Assembly: GCA_964270895.1 (NCBI GenBank)
Contig: OZ185445.1
Strand: one strand, 5' to 3'
Length of the DNA stretch: 64,000 bases
Origin: Podarcis filfolensis
Taxonomy: Eukaryota
Positions 49,258 through 63,327 of the stretch are shown piece after piece (position 1 is the first letter of the stretch; the number at the start of each line of letters is the position of its first letter). The translations under genes and the position numbers were made by a program. The notes under the pieces were generated by a model. The model searched no databases. It was not told the DNA's origin and saw only the letters and a list, made by a program, of their open reading frames with translations.

Positions 49258-51937
49258 TAATAATGGTGTGTGGTTATGGATGAGCCTCCAGGGGCTTTGC
49301 TTAAACACTTCAGTGACATTTCTATGCCAAAACAGATGCTGATGTCCTCAAGAATTGAAAATCGTATTTAAGTATTGTAACCTGTGATATAAGAATGGGT
49401 ATAATGAGTGAAATGACAATTATGTAAGACTTTGCACTTGACAAATGTAGCAGTAATGAAAGGCTTGGTGATACTTTGAATCAATGCGTGGCAATACAGA
49501 AAATAAGCAACATCAATTATATCCAGCAAATAAGAGTTTAAACCATTTTGAGCAAGCTATCATAAGCTAATGGTAAAGTTTAAAAATAGATTGTTACAAG
49601 GATTAAAGTAGGAAGAACTTGTAGTGGTTGTTAAAAATACAATGCTAAAAGATGCTGTTGGATTGATCTTGAAGATAATGACTGGATGTGATGTTAGTTT
49701 TCAAAGGTTTTTGAAACTAAAACTGAACTATGATTTGGTTTTTTTGTGTTCTTGTATAGTGGTTAGGCATAAAGATAATGTTCCTAATCAGATTAAAGTC
49801 ATATGGTTAAACATTTAATATTCTGATTTGGGTCTGAATGATGGATCTGGTGCTCGTGTGGCAGTATAAGCAACCAGCTGTTGATTTTTCAAAGGGTATT
49901 ATGAAGTTACAGAAGGAGTGAACTTTCCATTAAACATCTTTCCTGGAAAATCAAATGTGCTTTTCTTAATTCAGAACATTTATAGGATGCATATTTTGCA
50001 TGCAAGCCAGTATTAAATAATATACAATAGAATGAAAACACTAAAAATATTCTTTCAAAAGGCTATAAAGTCAACAAAGCCAAAAACACAGATAGCAACC
50101 TCTAAAAGAGCCTCAGCAACTGAACTTGGAGAAATGGGGGGGGGGGGGAATGCATGTGACCAGGCTGCCTGTGTGGTTGGGATATGCCTGTGGCCCTTCA
50201 GATGATGGACTTCAACTCCCATCAACCTCAGTCAACATGATTAATGGTGTTGGATGTTTAAAATCATAGTGTTTTTGGTATCTGATGAAAACAAAGAAAG
50301 TAATACAATAATCCAGAACTGTGTGTGAAAAAATAATAGAAACAATAATACAACGAGTCTAATCAGAAGTCAAATGTGTTTATTTTGTTTCTCTCTTTTT
50401 AAACTCTTAACCCTTTTTCTTTTTCTTTTTTTCTTTTTTTTCTTTTACCCCTTTCCTTTTCTTTTTCTTTTCTTCTATTTCTTTTTTCCCCTCCATACCC
50501 TTTTTCTTTGGCCCTTTTCTTTTTGATCTGCTAAGAGCCAAAGAGATAAAAGTTAAATATGAAAATTTGAGTAAGTTAAAGTGATGTTCTATAACTTGTC
50601 AATTATTGTTAAGGATGGGCAATTGTAATGAACTGATGTAGTTACTGTGGTTTTTCTTGTTATCGTTGAATCTTAAATAAAGTATATGAAATTCAATAAA
50701 ATAAAATAAAATGTTGAACAAAATCAGGGTGCAGGGCCAGGAAAATGCAGCAGAGGAGAAAACTCAAAACTGGTCAAGCATTATATCAAAGAATTAAGCA
50801 TATATGAATATATGTAGCGAGCCAAAAAAAACACTACCAAAATAGCTCACACAGCACTAAAATGGCTCCAGTTAAATTAAGGTGGTGAGTTGTTGTAGTT
50901 TTTTGGCACTGTACTTTGCAGTGTGCCCAACTATCCTGTAAGCAAAGCTTAAAACAAGTTTTCAGTTATGTTTAAAATAGGGAAAGGATATCCAGTGCCC
51001 AAACACCAGAGATGGGCACCTCCAGCAAGCACGCCTGCATTTTCCTGAGGGGGCAAACTACATATCATATGCAAGAATCTCATTGCACTTTTAAAAATAA
51101 AAATTAAGTTGCTTTGGAAGTGGGAATATAACACAAGGAAGCAACATAATACAGAGAAAGTGGCCATCCTTGTCCCCATTCTAAACTGCTTCTCTATTCC
51201 ATGGGCTTTCAAATGAGTATCTGTTCTCTCAAATGGGTCTTTTGAACTCCACATACATTCAATCAAAAATTGAATGTATTAGCTTAACTATCCCATGAGG
51301 TTACAGCCCAAAGACTTCTGCCCTGTTTGGTAACTAGTGGGCAAGCGACATTAACCCTTTATTATGTGATTGAAGAACTACTTTTCTCTACTGGTCCAGT
51401 AGAGAAATTCCTAACTGATGTTGAAATAAATGTGTTTTTATTGCAATTGAGCCCTGTAACATGGGCTGAAATCTTAGCCATGTTGAAGGAGTCAGTCCAG
51501 TGAGATACTATCTTTGCCTCTCCTTGGACTTTGAGTTGAGGCAGATAACTTTCTAGAAATACTGTATTCAGGACTTTGTGTGCTGTACTTTGCTCTCTCG
51601 TATCATTTTTTAAAAAAGTAAATCCACAAAGCAGCACTTAGAAAATCAAGCACTTTATTTTATTTTATTGGCTGCTTTTCTACTAAGATTCCCCCAAAAG
51701 GTTTCAAGTAAAATGTGTGTAGACAATGGATATAGAAAACACAAAGGGCTAATTTCAAACCTATCTGATGTGACTACCCAAAATTACATTGTTCTGCAAA
51801 AATAAATATAATATATTATATCCTTCATGATTAATCAGATTATACCTTTAGAGCCTTTGACAATACTGCTAGATTGTGTGGATGGCAATTAGAGTTAATA
51901 CAGAATCTTCCAAGTGTATCTAGAATTCTAGCAACTC

Positions 51938-52314
51938 TTTTTATATATATATATAAAAAAATTTTATTGGTTTTTCAACACATATTAAAAGACAATACAA
52001 CACAATACATAAACAAACAAACATATAAACACGTATAATTTCTTAACCTTTTTTTCCTTAAACCTTCTTTCAACGACTTCCCCATACCTCCCCTTTCTGC
52101 ATCCCTGTTTTAAATCTTTTAAATCTTTCCAGCAACCCCTAATTTCAATTACTTGTAGCACTTTCTTTAAATCTTTTTTCTCATATCCAATTGTTTGTCA
52201 CTGCAATTCTATTTTGCATTACCCAAGACATTTTAACACTCATTAATTTCACAACAGTTCTTAAGATAAACTTTAAATTTCTTCCAATCTTCTTCCACCG
52301 TCTCTTTCCCTTGG
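51938..52314 (-). mobile_element. 5'-truncated LINE 3' fragment, probably L1
   Basis: Perfect 19-bp TSD TCTAGAATTCTAGCAACTC at 51919-51937 and 52315-52333. The minus strand starts with an ORF2-end-like DQGKETVEEDWKKFKVYLKN, followed by an AT-rich UTR, AATAAA and an A/TA tail. Confidence 0.8.
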
Positions 52315-53016
52315 TCTAGAATTCTAGCAACTCAGAAATGGAGGTGAGCTTCACCACCACTGCTTGGCTAGCTAGTTAGAATTTGGGATATAGCAGAGAG
52401 TCTGAAAGAATACGTACTTTGGAGAGATAGAAGACAGAGAAAAAATTGAATTAAACATTGATTAAACATTTAGTACCTGTATAAAATCCTGCTGCACCCT
52501 GGAAAAATTGATCAATGTAGAAATTTCTTCCTACTGTAAAACATATCTATTTATACATAATTATATTTAAGTTACATATACCTTTTCTACTTTCACATTT
52601 ATATATTGATTTAAGGTGATTGTTTTATGTCTGCTTAAAGATAGTCTGTTCTATTTCTTTATACACTATTCTATTCAAGTTTTTGAGATATCTGAAAATG
52701 TATGGCTAGAGAGCTATATGCAACTCTTGTTAAAAACAAGCAAGCAAACTTATTTTCATATGCCTATTTCTGTACAGAGCTTGGTAGTAGAGCACATGTT
52801 TTGATTGCAAAAGGTGCCAGTTTTGCTCCCTGTCTGAAATGCTGGAGAAGCATTTCCAGTCTATCTGCACCCAATAGTCTCACTTGGTGTAGGCAGCTGT
52901 CTATATTCCTATTACCTGTGCTTATATGGGGCAAAGTGCCACGGAGGATATAGAAGCCCATTTGCTTCAGACTCTGGGATCTGACACTTTGCTAGGCAGT
53001 ACAGCTTTCAAGACTA

Positions 53017-53274
53017 CCGTATTTTTCGCTCTATAAGGCGCACCAGACCACAAGACGCACCTAGTTTTTGGAGGAGGAAAACAAGAAAAAAAAATTCTGA
53101 ATCTCAGAAGCCAGAACAGCAAGAGGGATCGCTGTGCAGTGAAAGCAGCAATCCCTCTTGCTGTTCTGGCTTCGGGGATAGCTGCGCAGCCTGCATTCGC
53201 TCCATAAGAAGCACACACATTTCCCCTTACTTTTTAGGAGAGAAAAAGTGAGTCTTATAGAGCAAAAAATACGG
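53017..53274. mobile_element. Tc2-type MITE (258-bp variant)
   Basis: TA|CCGTATTTTTCGCTCTATAAGGCGCACC ... CTATAGAGCAAAAAATACGG|TA. Confidence 0.9.
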
Positions 53275-56200
53275 TAAATCTGGGGTAGGCAACTTCCAGG
53301 TTGTTGGAATACAATTTCCATCAGCCACTGCTGTGGGGCTTTCCATAGGCAGCTGGCTACTGTCCGAAAGGGGATGCTGGACTTGATGGACTTTTGGTTT
53401 GATCCAGCAGGGCTCTTTTTACTCTTTGACCCATAGCAATTTTTAAAAGCAAACTTTTATGCAAGCTTTGTTTATATGTAGAGCAAGCTGAAATTCAGGA
53501 TGCAGAATTCTGTGCCTGGTGAAAAACTGTATGGTGCAGTTGTCACGACACAAATAATGAGGGCGCCCTTATTATATTCCATAAAGAGATGCAATAAATT
53601 CAATAGCTAGTGTTTCAGAGCAATAGAATTGGCAGGAGGGGGTTAAGCATTATCTTTTACAATGTGTCCAGAACCCGGAGGTCTGCCTTGTATGCAAGTT
53701 TTACTCTGAAGTAGCTAGGTCTGAACTCTCTATAAAAATAAAATCTATCCTTGATTTTAATTTAAGAAACCTGAAGCTGTACAGGCTTTTTCAGCTAAAG
53801 CCAGACATGTATGAACCTTTAATCATTTAAAATTAGGCTGTTTTGAAAACATTTTAAAATGCAGAGTAACCGGAATGTAATAAAAGCATGATAAAGGTTA
53901 CTGTTGGACTTTGACCAATAGTAACCTTAAGCAAAGTCTTCATCTTCTTTTTATTGCTTCCATCTAGTGGCCACTATTGTTCATGACATGTCATTCTTAG
54001 TCATTATTTTCTTCCCAAGATTTTAGTTTGCAATCTGGTGTAGTCACTTCATCTAAATGGAATAGTTATGATTTTCTGTTTCAATATGAGGAAAGAAAAT
54101 AATAACAGTAATTTTATTATTTATACTCTGCCCATCTGGCTGGGTTGCCCTGGCCACATGAAATTCAGAAGTCTCATGTGATTCATGTGGGTATGTGCTC
54201 ACATGTAGATATGCATAGTTAGATCATGTGTAGGTGAATTGCTTTCCTGAAGCCAGTATCTTATCATTAAACCTAAAGACATTTTCCTGATCTATCCATC
54301 CAGTTTGCTTAAGAAACTGTTTCTAATCTGGTCTCATAAAGTATTCCTGCAGCCTTGGTATTTGATGATTGTACCAGCCGTATGTCAAAACTCTATCTGA
54401 ATGTGGTCATATGTGAACAACAAAATACATTTATTTCAAAGTATTCCCCATGCCTCTTTTGAGAAAGCAGGTGCCCAGTTTTTGTGGTTATGAAATGAAT
54501 TTTCAGTGCCATCAGTCCCTTCTCAGCCAAGACACCCTTCTTGAGCAGTGCCAAAGGATGTCCTCTGTTCGATTCCTGTCTCTGCCATTTTGGGTGGAAC
54601 AGTTCCCCCTCGTGAACTACCCCTTTATGTTGTCTAACATTTTGCCCAATTCCTCTTCACCCTCTTGTTCTGAGTTCCATCAGATTCTAGGTGTATGAAA
54701 TACTATTGGTGAACTTGTGTTTTAAAGCCCCTCTCCTTTAAATCATTCAGCAGTGTCTTTGGTGATATGTGTCTGCATTCTGTGAGAATATTCGTTGCAT
54801 AACAGCTTTCACCAGTCTTATTTTCCTATGCCTGCCTGTTTTTATTCTGTTTTCATTCACATATATCTTCCTCTTACCTACTTCAATATATTATTTCACT
54901 TTGATGCTGCTTAACTTTCTATCTCCTTTTATAACTTGATTAATAAAGTACAGGTCAAGCAAAGTGGTATTTCACATGTAAAGAGTGTTGCATAGAATTA
55001 GCGTCAAGCATCTGTAGTGTTTTATCCTGCTACTTCCCAGTTCCTAGGTGTGGGTTTCTAATTGGAGAAGAATAGCTATTTGTGTGTAGCTGTTATGCAA
55101 TAAGTAGGCCAGGCTAAAAAGAAGTCAGTGGGTGAATACATTAAGCTTCATGAGGGGTTAAAGTAAATTTATCTAAATATGGGAAATCAGGGCGTGGGAC
55201 CAGTGATGCTTCCTATGAGTCTGTGCTTTTTCTCTCTGAAGCATTACTGACCCACTTAAGGAAATCCCTATCGGACGATTGAGTCAGCAGTGAAGGTCTG
55301 ATGTGATTGAATACTTAAGCTATTGTGTTGCTGGATGCTGTTTCACTGATGGTGTGCTTTGCTGCTACTGCCTGCACCAACAGAATATTACACAAGGCTT
55401 TAGGATCATGTGGCTTTCCCCTCCTCGACTGTCAACCTATGAAAGAGCTTTCTGAAAGGAATAATGGAGTCTATTCAGAGATGCAAAAAGCTGGTGAAGA
55501 TGTTGCAGTGTGCTTTGTTAGTTCTGAGTATAGCTTTGAGGCTACACCCATGCATGGATATTTGACAAAATGGCTTCTGGATGTTCAGCATGGTAATTGG
55601 CGTTAGGGTTTAATATTGTGCATTGATTGCTACAATAAGAATGAGCAATTCCTTTAATTTCAAGGTAGTGACTGTCAGCTTTTCTGTTGAGTAGACTTTG
55701 GCTGCCTCTGTTTTAGCAACGTGGATTATTCATACTTAGGGTGGAAGACGCTTTTATCAACATTTTTCATCTTGATTATAACGGAGTTATTCCTACAGTG
55801 AATTACTAATGATCTGCTCTGCAAGACATAAAAAGTTCGGCATTGAACTGCTCCGCCTTAGATGCTGCAGTCATAGAATGGTGGGGCTTTGCATGATGCT
55901 TGCTTTGTTTTTCTTCTTATGCTTTTTGCATGTGCCACTAACTTCTACACATATATCTCTATGCACTATTAATATTCCTTCCTTTTCTGAAGCCACACTG
56001 CAATTTCCCCCCATATTTAGCTTTATCATCCCCCTACCCCACCGTGGTAACTAAAAATAATTGTTTTTGTAATTGTCATTAATAGTCTCAAAATATGCAG
56101 ATGTTGACACTGCACATTACTCTCTTGTCCGTAGTTGTTGTAGCAGATAAAATTGTACAAGGAGTGCACATATTGTAAGTCTTAAGTACAATTAGCAAAA

Positions 56201-57093
56201 CCTGACTCCAATGACACACACCTCAGTTGCACATCAAGAATGAATTACTGCAGTGCACTCTGCACTGGGTTATCGCTGAATAGTTTTGGGAAGCTGCATT
56301 TGGTTCATAATGCAGCAGCAAGGATGTTATTGGGCACACACCCATGGGATCATGTTACTCTTATCCTACAGTGTCTGCATTAACTTCTAATTTGCTTCTG
56401 GACACAAATCAAAGTCAAGGGTGGGAGCATGATTGATGTCCACAAGAGTTAAGGCCTTCTCAGTGACTGTAGCAATACTCTGCCCTGTCTTTGTAAAGCA
56501 AATAATCCCTTCTCTGGCTGTCTCTCATGCTGACAAAGACATTTTCATTCTGGCAGTTTCTTCCCTGCTAAACTTCATCTGTGGTAGGCATTTTTATCTG
56601 TGAACTCTTGTTTCTTTAAAATGTATTTTAATGTATTTTACTATTTGTGTATTGAGTATTTTACTGTTTTGGAAGGTCAGGGAGGGTTAATACATGTATG
56701 CATACTCTTGACTTCTGGCAAACTCTTAATGACAGTGACTAGTTAAAATCCTGGGGATCCACAAGATACAGGTAGGGAACAGAAGACTTCTTAATAGGCT
56801 GCTCCAATGAAATACGCTTACTCTTGTGTTGAATTTACATGAGGTCTTGGCACATCATGCCATATATTGATACATATACTGGATCACCTCCACTCTTCCG
56901 TCCTCTTCGGCTCTCCTTTTTCTACTACACCAAATCAAGTCTTGCATGCTTGAAGTTGAAGTAGTATATATTAACTTGGCTGCATTTCTCTAAGCACTAT
57001 CCTGTTTAAAGAATATCATTTTTGAAAAATCTCTTTGATGGGGATTTGCCTCTTTACATTTCATAATTAATGTATGTGTTCCTCTTTCTTCAG

Positions 57094-57201
57094 ACTGAAT
57101 CTGGCTATGGATCAGAGACAAGCTTACGGCGCCATGGCTCTATGGTATCCCTTGTGTCTGGAGCGAGTGGGTATTCGGCAACATCGACCTCCTCATTCAA
57201 G
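57094..57201 (+). CDS. CERT1: CERT1 exon 4, serine-repeat motif: [36 protein letters not shown]
   Basis: ttcttcAG|act...aag|GTtagt, 108 nt. The phospho-regulated SxxSxxS array is intact. Confidence 0.97.
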
Positions 57202-57422
57202 GTTAGTGACAAAGAACGTAAAGGTCTTACAAATGATTCCTCATCCATACCCCAAGTTGCATGCATCTCCTGTGATAACCTCATAATGATGTATTTTTGT
57301 CTACTTAACTTTTTATTGATTTTTTTGTTGTTACATTATTGCCTTGTGAACTGCCTTGGTATTTCTTTTGATATAGAAAGTAATATAGTAAATAAAAATA
57401 AATAACAGCTGAATGGTTTTAA

Positions 57423-57599
<177 letters not shown>

Positions 57600-58153
57600 T
57601 AAACAAAAGGCATCACATTCTAGGGTCTGATAGGAAAGCAACAAGCGTTACAAACTGTCATATTTGTAACTTTTGTTTAAAAAAATTGACAAGTCTTTCA
57701 GCTGTCTAGCACAGCACTGCCCAACCTCCTTCATTAGAGATAATTGTATACTTGCTTCCCATACACTTCCTTCTGCTCTCTTCAGATCCCCATCTTCTCT
57801 TCCTCTTCCCACTAATGCTGTTGATATGTGTGTTTTTAATAATTGCTCTTTCACTTTACCAGTCATACATGGGATGCATAGGGTTACCGCAGAGTCATTT
57901 GTAGATGAGCATTTGTGCTGAGTGCACATACACAATGGACTTGGGTTACTGGTGCAGGATGTAAGGCCTTCCTACACTGATGTAATACAAGTTCCCTGTG
58001 ACTATTCACATTCCATCATAATAGGGTTACATTCAGAAGTAACCCTGCAGTAAAATGCTAATACAGTCATATTCACGAAAGCAGAAACTTGTGCATTGCT
58101 GCTCTGAAGTGAAACCCTTTGTCGGGCAGGCTTGCTCCAAAGTGGTAGTAGTA

Positions 58154-58201
<48 letters not shown>

Positions 58202-58320
58202 TTATTGTTTATACCCCGCCCATCTGGCTGGGTTTCCCCAGCCACCCTGGGTGGCTTCCAACAAAATATTAAAATACAATAGTCTGTTAAACATGAAAAG
58301 CTTCCCTAAACAGGGCTGCC
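58154..58320 (-). mobile_element. L2 3'-end fragment with (ATT)n tail, seen as an (AAT)n microsatellite on +
   Basis: Minus strand reads ...GGAAGCCACCCAGGGTGGCTGGGGAAACCCAGCCAGATGGGCGGGGTATAAACAATAAATTT(ATT)n, the same end architecture as 14655-14756. Confidence 0.75.
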
Positions 58321-58881
58321 AGTAAGTGTGGATTAGATGCCGCTTTAGTGAAAGCAGTGCTAAAATGTCTCAAGTTGGAAGGAAATGTCACTACTTGCTT
58401 TGATGCACATTTTGCTGTACCTGGCCAAATGTTCACTCTGTGTTTTCATATTTCACAGCAAAATTTAATAGAAATGTAGCAACGAGGGTAGCCAAGGGTT
58501 CTTTTGTTTCCATCAAGAATCCAAAGCTACAAAGTTGCTTTGAGTGATGTCACAGAGCACATGATGAAATATCACCTCAATTGTTTTGCTGAACAGATGT
58601 GTCAGAATAGCCCTCAGCGTGGCTGAACCACCACTACCCCCAGCATTTGGATCCCTGCTAGCCTTAACTTCCTGTTGCTTGTACATGATAAAAGAATAAT
58701 AATTTATGACCATGTTGCAGTGTACACTGAAATTATACACTGAAATTACACACACGTAAGAGTAGTAGTAGAGTATGTCTTGTTGACTCTCCAGATACGA
58801 CTGCACTGGCAAATTATTTTTCTACTGCTCTTTCAGTTTCCTCCAAGGCCCAGTAGTAATCAATGCTTCTCTTTGTTGTAG

Positions 58882-58965
58882 TGGTAGAAGATGATGAAGA
58901 TGATTTCCCTACAACACGCTCTGATGGGGATTTTTTGCACAATAGTAATGGAAGTAAGGAAAAAT
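58882..58965 (+). CDS. CERT1: CERT1 exon 6: (V)[27 protein letters not shown]
   Basis: ttgttgtAG|tg gta gaa gat...aaa t|GTgagt, 84 nt, phase 1-1. Confidence 0.95.
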
Positions 58966-59750
58966 GTGAGTACGCTTAAATGTATGGTTGTCAAAATGTT
59001 CTAAAGATGTAAGAACAGTGATCCTGAAGCTAATTAGCCACAAAATAACTGTTCTTCAGAGACTTACAATGGAACCCTATGCATGTCTTCTTAGAAGTAA
59101 ATCTTAGTAAGTTCACTGGCACTTACACCCAGGTAAGTTGGCATATATTGCCACTACAGAGTTCAAAAATTCTTCAGGGTTTCAATAAATGTGCTCTGGT
59201 AATAAAGTATGTGTTTCACTAATAAATTATATGTACTGATTTGTAGTTTAACCAACCTTCAGCCGCTGAGAATTATTGCATCTCCTAGGTTAGCCTTCTA
59301 CAGAACTGCGGGAAAAGGATCTTCTCTATAAAACTAGTTAACAATCACAAAGTTTTATTTCTAACTTGAAATACCTCCCCATTGGCTGAATCTCTTTAAT
59401 TTGAAAATAGATAGTGACTAATTCCCATGTGATCAGATTTAAATAAAAGCTGCCTCATCCCAGTTGATTGTGCACAATTATGTTTAGGTGGGCATCTTCA
59501 GCTGTCACTTTGAACTCTCCTTTTTTCTTTTCATTAGCATTGTAAACTACACGTACATCTTGTCATGAAATATGGCACAGGTATTTTAAACCACTCAGCC
59601 ACGTGTTCGGGGGGGGGGGGAGTTAGTTTGCTTTCTTTCTGACTATTGATCTTGTACTTGGTTGTGTTTCCTTGCCTGAAAAGACATAGAAACCTTTATC
59701 TTACTACTTCCACCGCAAGATGATGTGTTGAGAATTTATGCAAACATGTA

Positions 59751-59889
59751 TAGAATCCTATAATTGTAGGGTTGGAAGGGACCCGGAGGATCCAACCCCC
59801 CTGTAATGCAGAAACATGCAGCTGTCCCATGCGGGAATCAAACCTACAACCTTGGCATTATCAGCACCATGCTCTAACCAACTGAGCTA
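59751..59889 (-). mobile_element. tRNA-derived SINE with CR1-like tail
   Basis: Minus strand reads TAGCTCAGTTGGTTAGAGCATGGTGCTGATAATGCCAAGGTTGTAGGTTTGATTCCC (tRNA-Ile-like) followed by GGTCCCTTCCAACCCTACAATTATAGGATTCTA. Tail-only copies lie at about 60348-60420 (-) and 22608-22660 (+). Confidence 0.78.
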
Positions 59890-60164
59890 CTGTGTTCTGT
59901 TCTAAAAGAGGGGCAAGAGCTAGGCTGCTCACGGAATTGTACAGATGAGGGAAGTGTGGCCCTTCAGATGCTGATGGGCTTTAATTCCCATCAGACCAAG
60001 CCAGCATTCCAGTAGTCTGTGATTATGGGATTGGAGGCCAACCAGGTGTTGGGCTGCAGGTTTTCACTGGAGCCAAGCTGAAAACAGGTTTTCTAAATTT
60101 ATACCTGGAGAGCAATTTCTCTGGAGTCCCTCTTCATCAGGCATAGGCAAACTCAGCCCTCCAA

Positions 60165-60238
60165 ATGTTTTGGGACTACAACTCCCATCATCCTGGTCCT
60201 GTTAGCTAGGGATGATGGGAGTTGTAGTCCCAAAACAT
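60165..60238. repeat. Perfect 29-bp inverted repeat with 16-nt spacer, core of a small hAT-derived MITE
   Basis: ATGTTTTGGGACTACAACTCCCATCATCC / GGATGATGGGAGTTGTAGTCCCAAAACAT, preceded by a GGCATAGGCAAACT hAT-like end. Decayed relatives lie near 47990-48100, 50190-50250, 53285-53330 and 59950-60040. Confidence 0.85.
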
Positions 60239-62217
60239 GCCTGCCCTTCATGGATCTTCATATGAAGACTTTGATGCAGAATGTTACCATGGAGCTGCCA
60301 CTTTGCCATGGCTTCCCTGTTCAGTGGTTTTTCAGAGGCAACTTCACATAGAATCCCAGAACTGTAGAGTTGGAAGGGGACCAGAGGGTCATCTAGTCCA
60401 ACCCCCTGCAATACAGGAATCACAGCTAAACAGGAGATATACCAAAGGGCAGGGAACCCGTTCTGTATGTGGGCACAAAGGGATCTTGTGACCCAGGACA
60501 AATTTTACCAGCATATGGTCACAGAAAAAACTAATATTACTTCTGTGTACACATAATTAAATAGATAAATAAAAAAACAGAGTAATGACTAATTTTTAAT
60601 CTCTTTCCCATTTTAAAAAAATATATCCAGAGCTGTAGAAGTGTACTTGACTAGTGGGGGAGGGGGGGTTGGAATGATGAGGTTTGTGAACTGCTATCCT
60701 TCACTTTAGCTTTGGAAGATTGAGTGATTATGAAGACACGACCATTCTGTGCATAGTCGTCTTGATTCTTCTTGTGTGGCACTTTCTGTAGCTTTATTAT
60801 TATTATTATTATTAATTTATTTATTTTATTTATTTTCTGGTTGCTAATATTTATTTAAGCCTCTTGTATAACGCAAAAACTTTCAGTAATGTGTCTGAAA
60901 AAATATAAGCTGCAAGAGGACTTGAAGCAGCATCCTCTGAAAGATTATGCTTTTTTTGTATCTCTTTTCATTTTTAAAATGGTTTTGATCACTTAAGATG
61001 ACTCCAAAAGCGACAGTAGGGGAGCGGACATTTTGGCTGTTTCATGTACATTCCTTGAATAGAACAGACTGAGCTGAAATTGTCAATGCCACCACTTCTC
61101 TTTGTCAAGTAATGGCAAGTCTGGCATGTTACCTTGATCCCTGGGCAGGGGAAAGGCTTAATGCGTCAGCTTTTATCGGAGCAGATTCTTTTGACCCAAG
61201 GTCTATCCACTAAATTTCATAAGCTGCCATTAGCAGTTCACCCTATGATAGCTCTTAGAGCATGGGCTGGAAAAATCTCTGCTTCAGACCTTGTCTCAGC
61301 CATAAACTTGCTAGATGACCTTATCTTTCAGCCTCCACTCCCCGCCTCCCCACTGTTTCTGATAATGCTGGCAGCAACCAAGTAGCTCTGGTAATCACTG
61401 CAAATGTATGTGAAGCCTTTGGCACAACTCTTTTAAATGCTGAACTCCAGCCCTGAAAGGGGCTAGTTTCAGTTACCAATTAGATTACTGATTTAGATTG
61501 TACATCTGATTTGGATGCGGTAGATGCTCTATGCCATATATTGGACCATGCCATTCCTAAATGCAGGCTCCTAGCAAGCAGCCAGCTCCAGTCTTAGTGT
61601 GTCAACACATGACTGAACAATATGTTTTGCCACTGTTAATATATGTTGATGTATTTTTATAACATTCTCTCTTGTATACTTTTAAATAGATCACTTTTTT
61701 TTTTATTTAAACAAGCTTAGCAACAGATGGCTGATGCGGTATTCGAAATCCCTGTAACTAAGGAGAATTCATTTGTTGAGGTATATTCAGAAAGTGCCCT
61801 TCCACTTCAGAGGACATCATTAGAAACCTGAACACCTTTTCTGAGGGCATTTTTCACAGTTCACGACAAGATTCGAGCGCACGTTAATTATTGGTTTTTA
61901 AATGCTACATCTGCTAGGCTTTAAGGTAGTTCTGTTTTAATCGAGCTGTCAAATTGGTGGTATTGTTACAAGAGTATTACCACTTCTGCCACCCACATGG
62001 CTTTTTTCCCTTTCAATGCTGCTAATACGGCACAGAAGAACTGAGAGAATACAGTACACTAAAGATGTAGCTGAAGAAGGACATTTCTCCTGTTGAGTTT
62101 CCTCTATGCTTTCCAAATAGGTGAACTCTAATGGTTTAAACTGCGCACAAGCCAAGCATGCAGTAAATGCTTTATGAGGTAACATGCATTTGAGCAAAGC
62201 ACGGTTTGTACTGATAA

Positions 62218-62424
<207 letters not shown>

Positions 62425-63234
62425 TAAATGGCGTGGCTTTGGCTTCAGGTAAATTAAGGGTGGTAACTTGTGTTTACATGCAGTTATGTACCTTAAGGTT
62501 GTTTTCGACAAAATGGTTTAAAATGCCAGCACTTGCATCTATTGTAGCCATGTTATTTAGCAAATATCACATGTTGCTTGTTGCTTCTCCATCCGCAGAC
62601 CTGATTGCAATCTGTTAGTGTTGTATGTTTGAAGTGTGCTTCTTACAATTTGGTGTTTAAGAAGCTTTAAACAGGATTAAGCTTTTTTAAATATATATAT
62701 ATATATATATATATTTGTGCTAATTTTCCTCATGCCCTGTGTTAGCCATATTGCTTGTTTGTGAGTAGTGCTACATAACTCCGCAGTATGTTTTAACTCT
62801 GTGTCCTGGGGTGAGAATCTTCTTCTTTGGCGATCACTCGTAGCCAAGTAAGATTGTCTTCCATAAACACAGTTATTAATGAGTCTGTAAGTGTCTGTGG
62901 AGGCCAATTCTGGATCCACACATCCTTCCACAGTGGAGACATAGGTTTCCGGGTGGAAGTTGATCAAGCTGAACGTAGCCTCTCAAAATCTGTTTTGTTT
63001 TCAATTGCTATATTTTAGTTAAAGGCTAAAATTCCAGTTGCTCCAATAGCTTTCATCTTGAGAACTTTTTTTGTTGTCTCCTCCTCTTATCATTTGCAAT
63101 AACCCAACAGTTTGTTATCCCTCTGCAGCTTGTGATGCAATATAGCAGTTTTGTGAAGATGCTATCACAGTGTTCAATTCTTGTTCCAATATGAGATTAG
63201 AAATAAACTTTTGCCCTTGTGTGTATTCTTACAG

Positions 63235-63327
63235 GAAATTGAAAAAAGGAGGAGAATAGAAGAAGCCTACAAAAATGCTATGACAGAACTTAAAAAAAAG
63301 TCTCATTTCGGTGGGCCAGATTATGAG
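63235..63327 (+). CDS. CERT1: CERT1 exon 8: [31 protein letters not shown]; gene continues beyond the right edge (FFAT and START exons not in window)
   Basis: ttcttacAG|gaa...gag|GTagga, 93 nt. Confidence 0.96.
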
